Shown here one piece after another: positions 20,792 to 29,448 of a stretch of 64,000 nt of DNA. The notes beneath the pieces were generated by a model. It was not told the origin of the DNA. It did not search any database and worked only from the letters and a program-made list of their open reading frames with translations. The DNA is from a virus (taxonomy: Duplodnaviria; Caudoviricetes). The first letter of the stretch is position 1. Every line of letters starts with the position of its first letter. Where the stretch lies: positions 94,296-158,295 of the IMG/VR virus record IMGVR_UViG_3300026546_000001; one strand, given 5' to 3'. Both the position numbers and the translations under genes were made by a program.

Positions 20792-22969
20792 TTATATCAT
20801 TCCACCACGGCTTAATTCATGCATTTTAATATTTGCATGTGTGTATAATTCTTCAGTTAGTTCCATTTTCTTTTTAGCTGACCATAAAATATTATAATCT
20901 ATACCAGTTGGATATTCAACATCATCTAATCGTTTTTCAATAAATTTAATATAATTATCATCAATTTCTGTTTCTATGTAATAATCTATTAAATCTTTAA
21001 AACTTTGGTTATTATACAATGATGCAATTGCAACTAAAGACATAACACAATCATCGTGTCCTGTTTCAGATTCAAAATGATCTTGACTACTTCTATGATT
21101 TTCAACTCTTACAAATGTAGTCATTTCTCTAATTGTTGTTTCTTCATGTGGAAAAATATAATTATTGTTAATTCTATGTTGATATTCTTTAACTAACATT
21201 CCTTTATTATTTCTAATTTTTAACCCAATTTTTCCAAATAATGCATCAGCTCTATGTTTATATCTTGCAAATATATGTGAACTATAATTATTATTTCCTT
21301 GATATAATCCTGGCATGTGTGCTAATAATTCAGCTCCATATGTATTATATTCTAATGCAATTTTTATTTTATTTTCATCTAAAATATGAAATGCTAATAC
21401 ATATATCATTTCAGTTAATCTTTTAACACTTGTATTATTACTATGAAATATTCCAACTTGTTCTAATTTAAAAAAATCATATACACTTTCTATTCTAGCA
21501 TCTTTTAATTCTTCTTTTGATTTAGGTAAAATTCTAAATAAATTTATTACAGAATAATCTTGTCCTAATCCTTCTGCAATATCAATACCAATTGCATACC
21601 AATATTTTTTACGATCTTCCCAATTAAATATATCTTCTCGATCTTTTATCCACTTAAAATCTCTATAATCTATGTGATTTAAATTTTCGTATTCTGGAAT
21701 TTCATGCCAAACAAATTCTGCTTCATTATCAGATATTTCAGCTAATTTATCTTCAGAAAATGTTAAATTACTTGCAGCATAAAATTGTAATCCATATTCT
21801 TGATTAAACGCTTCTTCAGATCCAATATCCTTAATTGTTTCTTCTTTCCATGATGTAACTTGCGCAATATTATTAATACTTATTGACATATTTTCTACAC
21901 GTTCACCAAACGCTTCATCAAAAATATCAGATTTAATAATTAATTGTCTTATATCATCATTTTTTAATTCTGAACTGTTTTTAATATGTATAACCCACCT
22001 AAAATCTTCGTTATTATATTTCATTTTAATATCATCATCTGCAATATTAAAATGTTGTTTAATATAATTAAATACTAATTCTTTAGTTAATCCATATTCA
22101 TCTAATTTATTTTGATTTAATCTAATATATGTAACATTTCTACCTGGAACTTGCCACCAATATACTCTAAGTGCTTTAAAATTATTTTTTCTAGGATCAC
22201 CGTCTGGTCTTTCAGCTGCATCAAGTATTTTCCAAAATAAGTTTCTTCCATTTGGTGTAGATGTAATCACAATTTTAGAATTTTCAATACTTGATACTGT
22301 TGGATATGCAGATCTATAAAAACTTTCTATTATAGTTCTTGGAATATGTGCGAATTCGTCAAAATATAAAAAATCTATCGTAAAACCAATTGCCGGTTCT
22401 TTTGTTCTAGCAGATGTCATAATTCTACATCCTGTATCTTTAAATACAATACTACGTTGTGCCCAACTGCTAACTCCAGGTTTTAAAAAGAAAGGTAAAT
22501 GTTTATAAATACTTTTTATTTTGTCAAGTATTTCAGTTGTTGTAGATAATTTATTTGCCATTATCATAACATTTTTATCTACATTAAATATTACATAATG
22601 TAAAATTGATACAGCAACTGAAACAGTTTTACCAATTTGACGCGATGCCATTAAAATACTAAATCTATTATTTGATATAAGATCAATAATTTTTCGTTGA
22701 TATTTTCTTCCTTTATATGTAAAATTTCCTATTGATCCATCTGAAGTTTTAACTTTACAATATTTTTGTGCAAAATAATGCACATTCATTTTACATTTAA
22801 CATATTCAACTTGTTCTTCTTTTGTCCATCCAAATGCTAAACCAGCTCTTCTAACATCAGGTTCACCAGATAAAAATGGATTTTCATGTCGTTTTGGTAT
22901 ATAACCTTCGTTTATTTTATGTTTAAATTCTTCTACATATTTTGTGGTGAATATCATGTTATTTGACAT
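20792..22969 (-). CDS. terL: Terminase large subunit (T4 gp17-like)
   Basis: Walker A ASRQIGKT, Walker B LYFDEFAH, ITSTPNG, nuclease motifs IGIDIAEGLGQDYS and GHDDCVM. Confidence 0.95.
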   Translation of the reverse strand: MSNNMIFTTKYVEEFKHKINEGYIPKRHENPFLSGEPDVRRAGLAFGWTKEEQVEYVKCKMNVHYFAQKYCKVKTSDGSIGNFTYKGRKYQRKIIDLISNNRFSILMASRQIGKTVSVAVSILHYVIFNVDKNVMIMANKLSTTTEILDKIKSIYKHLPFFLKPGVSSWAQRSIVFKDTGCRIMTSARTKEPAIGFTIDFLYFDEFAHIPRTIIESFYRSAYPTVSSIENSKIVITSTPNGRNLFWKILDAAERPDGDPRKNNFKALRVYWWQVPGRNVTYIRLNQNKLDEYGLTKELVFNYIKQHFNIADDDIKMKYNNEDFRWVIHIKNSSELKNDDIRQLIIKSDIFDEAFGERVENMSISINNIAQVTSWKEETIKDIGSEEAFNQEYGLQFYAASNLTFSEDKLAEISDNEAEFVWHEIPEYENLNHIDYRDFKWIKDREDIFNWEDRKKYWYAIGIDIAEGLGQDYSVINLFRILPKSKEELKDARIESVYDFFKLEQVGIFHSNNTSVKRLTEMIYVLAFHILDENKIKIALEYNTYGAELLAHMPGLYQGNNNYSSHIFARYKHRADALFGKIGLKIRNNKGMLVKEYQHRINNNYIFPHEETTIREMTTFVRVENHRSSQDHFESETGHDDCVMSLVAIASLYNNQSFKDLIDYYIETEIDDNYIKFIEKRLDDVEYPTGIDYNILWSAKKKMELTEELYTHANIKMHELSRGGMI

Positions 22970-22971
22970 AA

Positions 22972-23017
22972 AAAAGACATATAATTTAATTATATATCAA
23001 TTAATTATATGTCTTTT
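22972..23017 (-). promoter_or_regulatory. Hairpin enclosing a late-promoter motif directly before terL
   Basis: aaaagacatataatt / aattatatgtctttt 15-bp inverted repeat with GATATATAA at its apex (22990-22998). Confidence 0.7.
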
Positions 23018-23053
23018 AATAAAATGTGTAAAAAAACAATAAAATAGGTGAAT

Positions 23054-25069
23054 TTATTGTTTTTTATATATCCATTTTAAATTTCCTGAATTATAAATTT
23101 TATAGTAACCTCTTTCGATCATTATTTCGTGTTCCGTTTTATTTTTATTAAAACCTTCTTTTATAAGTTGATCTTTTCTATATTTGAACCTATTTTCACG
23201 TATTTCATCTTTAAAATATGAATATCCTGGATCAGTTATTTTTTCTAATTCAAAATTTAGTTTTTCATATAAGTTTGAATATCCCCAATCTAAATCTTGG
23301 TAAGTAATAATTTTAGTTGGATTGTATTGTTTAATAAAATGTTTAAATAATTTTGCAAGTCCACCAACGATATGATATTTTTCCGCAAAACGATAAAGTT
23401 CAAATTCATTTTCTATACTATGTTGATTCATAGATTTTCTTAAACTTCCAAATCCAATAACAGACATTAATTCGTTGTTATAAAATAATCCTAATTTAAC
23501 TTTTGTTGCAATATAACCTTGAAGATGGTATTTATTTAAAAATTCTTTGTATTCTTTAGAATTTAGTTCTTTAATTTTACATTTTCTTGCATATAATATA
23601 TTTTCTTTATTGAGTATTATTTTAAGTCTATGTTTAATTATGTCCTGTTTAAATTTCCAATCATCTTCCCATATTTGAATTAAACGAACTCCTTTTTCAT
23701 AAGTTGAATTTAGTTTATTTTGATGATAGAATTTATCTTTATATAATTCACTATGCCAGTAAATTCCGTTTGCTTCAATTGCTATATTATAATCTGGGAT
23801 ATGAATGTCTAATTCTTTAGGACTAATTATATTTCTATCATTTTTAATGTATTTAATATTTAATTCATCCAAAAATTCACATATTTCATTATGAAAATTT
23901 GATGTATAATTTACAAATGGATTACAATATATACAAACATCTCTATTACTTTTATTTCTATAATACGCAAGCCGCCAATTTATTGTATATGTTTTATTAC
24001 ATTTACTACATTTTAATGTAATAGTTTTTTCATCATAGTTAAACGAAATAATATTATAATTATTAAATCGTTTTTGTTGTGTTTGTGTCCAATTTTTAAT
24101 TATTTTTTCTTTATATTCATTTGATTGATTGTAATATTCAACACCATAACGTTTTAAATTAGTTTGTTTTATTTTTTCTTTTACTTCTTTAGATTGATAA
24201 ACGTTTTCAACACCATATCGTTCTAAATTAGTTTGTTTTGTTTTTTCTTGTACTTCTTTTGATTGTGTTGGATATTCAGTTCCGTATTTAGTTAAATTAG
24301 TTTGTTTTGTTTTTTCTTTAAATTCTCCACATTGTACTGGATATTTGACACCGTATCGTTCTAAATTAGTTTGTTTTGTTTTATATTGTATTTCTTTAGA
24401 TTGTACTGGATATTCAACACCATATCGTTCTAAATTAGTTTGTTTTATTTTCTCCTTTATTTTTTCTGATTGATAAACATTTTCAACACCATATCGTTCT
24501 AAATTAGTTTGTTTAACTTTTTCCTGTATATTTTTATTTTGTAATGGTGCTGTTACATTATATCGTTTTAAATTAGTTTCTTTTATTTTCTTTTTTATTG
24601 ATGGATCTTGTGCTGGATTTGAATAGCCAGTTTTTTCTTTATATGTATCAAATGATTTTTGGTGTATATCTTTGTTTTTCCATGGGTGTTCAGTTCCATA
24701 TCGTTTTAAACATGTTTTTTTATACGTTTCTTTATATTGATCTATATTTTTTTTAAATGATTTTACACGTTTTTCTATTGATTTTTTTGAAGATCTTGCG
24801 CATTTAGTAGAACAATATTGTCTATATCCTTTATTTCTATTAATGAAAATGGAATCATTATTACAATTTTCATTTTCACATGTTGGAATATTTGGTATAT
24901 TATTGATAGCATGCCAAATTTTTTGTGAAAATTTTAAATTTTGTAAATTATGTTTATTCGCAAAATTTATAATATTATTATATATTTCTGGATAATTTTT
25001 TTTAATATAAAATTCTTTTGAATATAATCCAGATTTATCTTCTTTGTAAAAAATGCTATAATCAATCAC
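23054..25069 (-). CDS. Repeat-array nuclease #2 (Hef-like)
   Basis: Same architecture as 12401..14533 with about 9 repeats; GTG start; directly upstream of terL. Confidence 0.8.
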   Translation of the reverse strand: MIDYSIFYKEDKSGLYSKEFYIKKNYPEIYNNIINFANKHNLQNLKFSQKIWHAINNIPNIPTCENENCNNDSIFINRNKGYRQYCSTKCARSSKKSIEKRVKSFKKNIDQYKETYKKTCLKRYGTEHPWKNKDIHQKSFDTYKEKTGYSNPAQDPSIKKKIKETNLKRYNVTAPLQNKNIQEKVKQTNLERYGVENVYQSEKIKEKIKQTNLERYGVEYPVQSKEIQYKTKQTNLERYGVKYPVQCGEFKEKTKQTNLTKYGTEYPTQSKEVQEKTKQTNLERYGVENVYQSKEVKEKIKQTNLKRYGVEYYNQSNEYKEKIIKNWTQTQQKRFNNYNIISFNYDEKTITLKCSKCNKTYTINWRLAYYRNKSNRDVCIYCNPFVNYTSNFHNEICEFLDELNIKYIKNDRNIISPKELDIHIPDYNIAIEANGIYWHSELYKDKFYHQNKLNSTYEKGVRLIQIWEDDWKFKQDIIKHRLKIILNKENILYARKCKIKELNSKEYKEFLNKYHLQGYIATKVKLGLFYNNELMSVIGFGSLRKSMNQHSIENEFELYRFAEKYHIVGGLAKLFKHFIKQYNPTKIITYQDLDWGYSNLYEKLNFELEKITDPGYSYFKDEIRENRFKYRKDQLIKEGFNKNKTEHEIMIERGYYKIYNSGNLKWIYKKQ

Positions 25070-25298
25070 GTTTTTTGTTTTTTATTTTGTCAATAGCAGA
25101 TTTAACATTATCAGCGTCATTACCAATTTCTATTATTTCTATTTTTTTATAATTATTATATTCTTTAAATTTTGTTCCACCTTTAGTTGTAAACATAATT
25201 TCAGAATCTCCTAATTCAATGACTTCATCCATTTCAATATGTTCTTCATAGAATAATTCACCCCATTCAGAACCATCAAGTTCATTTTTATTTTTCAT
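25062..25298 (-). CDS. Hypothetical protein
   Basis: 78-aa ORF overlapping neighbours in an operon-like run. Confidence 0.6.
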   Translation of the reverse strand: MKNKNELDGSEWGELFYEEHIEMDEVIELGDSEIMFTTKGGTKFKEYNNYKKIEIIEIGNDADNVKSAIDKIKNKKRD

Positions 25299-25623
25299 TT
25301 GTATCAGTATTTTTAAATATTTTTGTTATTATATCTGAATCTATTGATTTTGACAATTTATTAATCGCGTCGTCAATCCAACTTGAACCTTTTTGTGTTA
25401 TATTGTTAGCTGTTTCTTTATTGTAATAATGTACAATGTTTTCGGTATTAAATGTCGTATCTGGTATAATATGTAATGACGAACATGAACTAAATATTGT
25501 AGAATATTCAGTTACTAAACCAACTTCAAAACATGGATTTTTATCTCCAATATAGTATACACCTGAATACTTTGGATTATGCGAATAAAAAAAATCAATT
25601 GTATCTTTACTAAAATCTACCAT
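25288..25623 (-). CDS. Small protein with a capsid-like C-terminal helix
   Basis: Likely start MVDFSK just after a TATATTTG box. INKLSKSIDSDIITKIF resembles the MCP segment INELSQTISKEIVYKLF. Confidence 0.6.
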   Translation of the reverse strand: MVDFSKDTIDFFYSHNPKYSGVYYIGDKNPCFEVGLVTEYSTIFSSCSSLHIIPDTTFNTENIVHYYNKETANNITQKGSSWIDDAINKLSKSIDSDIITKIFKNTDTNEK

Positions 25624-25645
25624 AATACAAATATAATAAAAAAAA

Positions 25646-26002
25646 TTAAACAAATAAACGTTTTTGTAAAATTGTTATTTCATTTTTCCAATTATAAAAA
25701 TCATTACTTTTTATTATAAAAGTACTAAATTCTTTATTGTTATTTGATATTTGTGCAAATTGTTTATTTTTAAAATTATAAATTTTAATTTTATAATCTT
25801 CATTTTCCGAATCTACAATAATTGTTCGTTTTATTATTGGATTTAATCCAGTTGCAATTTGTTCAAATACTAATAATGAATCTGATCCATGCAATTCATC
25901 AATTACAATCATTTTATCAGCTTCAATATTAAAAATTCTTTCTAACAGCTTTTGTATTTTTATATCTAAATATAATCCAGTTTCTAATTCTATTAATTCC
26001 AT
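25646..26002 (-). CDS. Hypothetical protein
   Basis: 118-aa ORF, no motif recognised. Confidence 0.65.
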   Translation of the reverse strand: MELIELETGLYLDIKIQKLLERIFNIEADKMIVIDELHGSDSLLVFEQIATGLNPIIKRTIIVDSENEDYKIKIYNFKNKQFAQISNNNKEFSTFIIKSNDFYNWKNEITILQKRLFV

Positions 26003-26052
26003 TTTTAATGAATTTACTTTTTTAAATATATAATAAAAATATATTGTTTATT

Positions 26053-26694
26053 ATGGCACGACCAAGTAAGGCGGAAAAAGAAAAAATGAAACAAGAATTA
26101 GAAGATTTAGAAAAAAATATATCTAGTCAAATTAATAATTTAAATCCTGATGAATTATTTATGGAACCAAATGAATTACCTGCATTATCAGAACATTCAA
26201 TTGAACAACTTGATTATAATAAACAATTAGGTGAAATACGACACGAATCCGAACAAATTATTAATAATTTAGCTGAACTGTATTTAGGAAATGAAGCATT
26301 ATTAACGCATCCATATATTGAAGCAAAACGAAAAAAAGATGCTGATTATTATTCAAGACTTGAATTTTTAGTAAGTGCTTCAGAAAAAACATTAATGACA
26401 GTAATGCGTGAAATTGAAAGTGGTAATTCTAATACTAGAATGTTTGAAGTTCAATCGATGTTACAACGCGAAATGAGAGACAATATAAAATTATCATTAC
26501 GTTCATTAGCAGATATTGAAAAATTTTATAAAACTATACGTGAAGATTTAGGTGTAGTAAATACACCATCAATAAAACCTGAAGAGGAAGAAGAAACTAC
26601 AAATTTAAATATGAAAGAATTTAATAGTCAATTAGAAGAAATGATGAAAAATGGACAATTAGATTTTGATGTTGATGATGAGTTTGATAATTAA
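26053..26694 (+). CDS. Probable terminase small subunit (T4 gp16-like)
   Basis: Helical acidic protein with the gp16-like turn ESGNSNTRMFEVQSMLQ; late motif at 26025-26033; 3 kb from terL. Confidence 0.55.
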   Translation: MARPSKAEKEKMKQELEDLEKNISSQINNLNPDELFMEPNELPALSEHSIEQLDYNKQLGEIRHESEQIINNLAELYLGNEALLTHPYIEAKRKKDADYYSRLEFLVSASEKTLMTVMREIESGNSNTRMFEVQSMLQREMRDNIKLSLRSLADIEKFYKTIREDLGVVNTPSIKPEEEEETTNLNMKEFNSQLEEMMKNGQLDFDVDDEFDN

Positions 26695-27110
26695 ATTTTA
26701 TCTAATAACAGTCTATATCTCCAAAAAATGTAATCTTTAGCACTATATTTATCAAAAAATAATGCCATATCAACTTCACTTTTTTGTAAATTATTAGATG
26801 GTAATACTTCTTCTTTTAATCCAATTTCTTTTAATGAATTTATTCGTAATGTATAAATATATGCTTTTTTAAAAATATATCCCTTTTTTGTTGTATAATT
26901 AAAAATTCTTGCATCTGATTTTATCATTTCAGGTTTAATAATTATACCAACTTCTTCATTTGTTTCTCTTATTGCTGCATCAAGTAGTGATTCATCCTTT
27001 TCAATTTTACCTTTTGGAACAGACCATGTTCCAAAAATAGGTGTTTTAGTAGGATGAATTAATAATATTTTATTTTTATAATATATTGCAATACCAGCAG
27101 AAACGTCCAT
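26691..27110 (-). CDS. NUDIX hydrolase
   Basis: Nudix box GKIEKDESLLDAAIRETNEEVG. Confidence 0.92.
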   Translation of the reverse strand: MDVSAGIAIYYKNKILLIHPTKTPIFGTWSVPKGKIEKDESLLDAAIRETNEEVGIIIKPEMIKSDARIFNYTTKKGYIFKKAYIYTLRINSLKEIGLKEEVLPSNNLQKSEVDMALFFDKYSAKDYIFWRYRLLLDKI

Positions 27111-27156
27111 CTTAATTAAGTATTTATTATATAATATTTAATATTAACAAAAAGTT

Positions 27157-27753
27157 TTAAGTATTTAATTTAAATACTATTTTAAATCTATTAATATTAG
27201 GATCCCAATACAATTTAATAACATCAGGATTATATGTGGTTGTTCCATCTAATTGTGGAATTATTCCCCAAAATCCATAATTTTGTTTTTCTTCAATTGT
27301 TAAATTATTCAAATCTGATGGTCCAATATATTTATCAACTAACATTTTAGCTGCATTTTTATTTGTATTTTCAGGTAAATATACAATTAATTCTCCATCA
27401 ACAGTTACATCCAATGTTTTATTTTCAATTGGATTTATATCAGCTGAATCTCCATTTGGATATGTTATTTTATTAGACCAAATTGCATATTTAGTTCCAT
27501 CTACACCACCACTTCGACCACTACCATTATCATTTACAATTGAATTATTATGAATTGGGTTTGTAAGTTTTATATTAGTTATTTCAGTTAAATTATTAAA
27601 ATCTAAATTATCATCATTAATCATTTTGATAATATTTTCAGCTTTTAATAATTGTTCATCAACATACTGTTCTAATTCATTTATTAATTTTTTTAAATAC
27701 TTTTCGTTATTTAAGTTTGCATATTTTGATACAAAATCATATCTTTTTAACAT
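27157..27753 (-). CDS. Hypothetical protein
   Basis: 198-aa ORF, no family recognised. Confidence 0.7.
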   Translation of the reverse strand: MLKRYDFVSKYANLNNEKYLKKLINELEQYVDEQLLKAENIIKMINDDNLDFNNLTEITNIKLTNPIHNNSIVNDNGSGRSGGVDGTKYAIWSNKITYPNGDSADINPIENKTLDVTVDGELIVYLPENTNKNAAKMLVDKYIGPSDLNNLTIEEKQNYGFWGIIPQLDGTTTYNPDVIKLYWDPNINRFKIVFKLNT

Positions 27754-27838
27754 AAATATAATATTTTTTTATTATTTATTTTTTTATTTAAATTGTTTTT
27801 ATTATATTTGTATTAACAAACAAATTAAAACAAGTATC

Positions 27839-28639
27839 ATGAAAAAATTAAGTATTTTATTCGTATTAATATTAGTAAATATTAATTTATTTGCTAATGA
27901 AAGTTTTTATGTTAAAGGTATTAAATTTAACATTAGCTTTGAAAAAATTCCTTATCCTAAATCAGTATCTAAATTAACGCTTAAATCATTGTCTAAATCA
28001 GATTCTAAATATGAAATTTCATATTTAGACGATGATGATATAAATGATAATAAAGAAAATGTAATACAAAAATTAACACAAGAACTTAAAAAATACCCAC
28101 ATAATGTATTACAAAAATATATTCCTAAAACATTTATTATTGTACATGATATTTATAATAAAAAATCACACCAATTTATTGATGGATTATGGTCGTATGG
28201 TGATAATATAATATACTCAGTAACAGTGTTTGAAGGTATGAATGAATATTGGTTAAGAGTTATTCATCATGAAATTTTTCATAGTATTGAAAAAGCTAAT
28301 GGACCTGAATTTTATGAAACTACAATAAAATTAAATAATGTATTAGGTCGTGATTATAATAATAAATCTTATTTAGAAGAAGATAACTGTTTACATTTTC
28401 AAGAACCATTTATTACTGCATATCATCCAAATGCAACTGAAGTCGGTGCTGAAATATTTTCATTATTAATGCATAATAATTTTAGACATAATTCAGCTAT
28501 TATAGATTGGTATGTTTCAGATAAATCTAAATTAAATCCTAAATTAAAAGAAAGTATAAAAATTATTATTGATTTTACAAGTTTAATTTCAAATGGAGAA
28601 ATGGATACTGAATATTATTTTAATATTATTAATCGATAA
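27839..28639 (+). CDS. Exported zincin metallopeptidase-like protein A
   Basis: Signal peptide MKKLSILFVLILVNINLFA; HHEIFH (HExxH) and downstream E..AEIF. The true start is later than the ORF-track call and follows a TATATTTG box. Confidence 0.75.
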   Translation: MKKLSILFVLILVNINLFANESFYVKGIKFNISFEKIPYPKSVSKLTLKSLSKSDSKYEISYLDDDDINDNKENVIQKLTQELKKYPHNVLQKYIPKTFIIVHDIYNKKSHQFIDGLWSYGDNIIYSVTVFEGMNEYWLRVIHHEIFHSIEKANGPEFYETTIKLNNVLGRDYNNKSYLEEDNCLHFQEPFITAYHPNATEVGAEIFSLLMHNNFRHNSAIIDWYVSDKSKLNPKLKESIKIIIDFTSLISNGEMDTEYYFNIINR

Positions 28640-28689
28640 TATTAATAATATTTTTTAAATTAATTTATTTTTATTAAAAACAAATAATC

Positions 28690-29448
28690 ATGAAAAAAGT
28701 AATAATTTTAATAATATTTGTTATATTTAGTAATTTAATTTTTGCTTCAAGTATAACAGTAAAAGGTGTAACATTTACAATAAAATATTTAACAATATAT
28801 CCAGAATATATTAAAAATTATAGAGTTACATATTTAACAAACGATCTTTCTAACATTAAAAATAATGTAGAAATTAAACTTACACGAGAATTAAATAAAT
28901 ATCCAAAACAAGTTTTATTAAATTATGTTTCTAAAACTTTTAATATTGTTAAAAGTTTATTAAATTTAAAAACAGATGAATTAGTTGATGGTTTATGGTA
29001 TAATAACAACAATGGTGGTGGTATTATATTAATGTATTCAGTTTTTAATAGTATTGATGATTATGATTTACATGTATTGCATCATGAAATTTTTCATTCT
29101 ATATATGCAAAGGGTGGTGAAAATAGTTATAATTTATTAAAAACTTTAAATAATTTTTGTAATTATTCTAAAGATTATAATTTAGAATCAACAAATTGTT
29201 TAGAATTTAAATCTGAATTCTTAACAACTTATCATCCTAATGGTATAGAAGTATCATGTGAAACATTTTCATTATTAATGCAAAATGATTCAAGTTATGA
29301 CTCAACTGTTATAGATTGGTATTTATCTAATAAATCAAACAATAATAAAAAATTAAAAGAAAATATAAAAGCTGTTATAAGTTTTACTGATAAAATTTCT
29401 AATGGTGTTATGAACGAAGTATATTATTTTACTATAAGTGATAAATAG
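28690..29448 (+). CDS. Exported zincin metallopeptidase-like protein B (tandem paralogue)
   Basis: Signal peptide MKKVIILIIFVIFSNLIFA; HHEIFH; DGLW, YHPN and SLLM...IDWY shared with protein A. Confidence 0.75.
   Translation: MKKVIILIIFVIFSNLIFASSITVKGVTFTIKYLTIYPEYIKNYRVTYLTNDLSNIKNNVEIKLTRELNKYPKQVLLNYVSKTFNIVKSLLNLKTDELVDGLWYNNNNGGGIILMYSVFNSIDDYDLHVLHHEIFHSIYAKGGENSYNLLKTLNNFCNYSKDYNLESTNCLEFKSEFLTTYHPNGIEVSCETFSLLMQNDSSYDSTVIDWYLSNKSNNNKKLKENIKAVISFTDKISNGVMNEVYYFTISDK

Noticed and set aside
21851-22138. Intein in TerL
   Set aside because: No Cys/Ser start, no His-Asn end, no LAGLIDADG motif.
27626-27838. N-terminal extension of the 337-aa ORF
   Set aside because: It overlaps the divergent gene and the promoter; the signal peptide starts at 27839.
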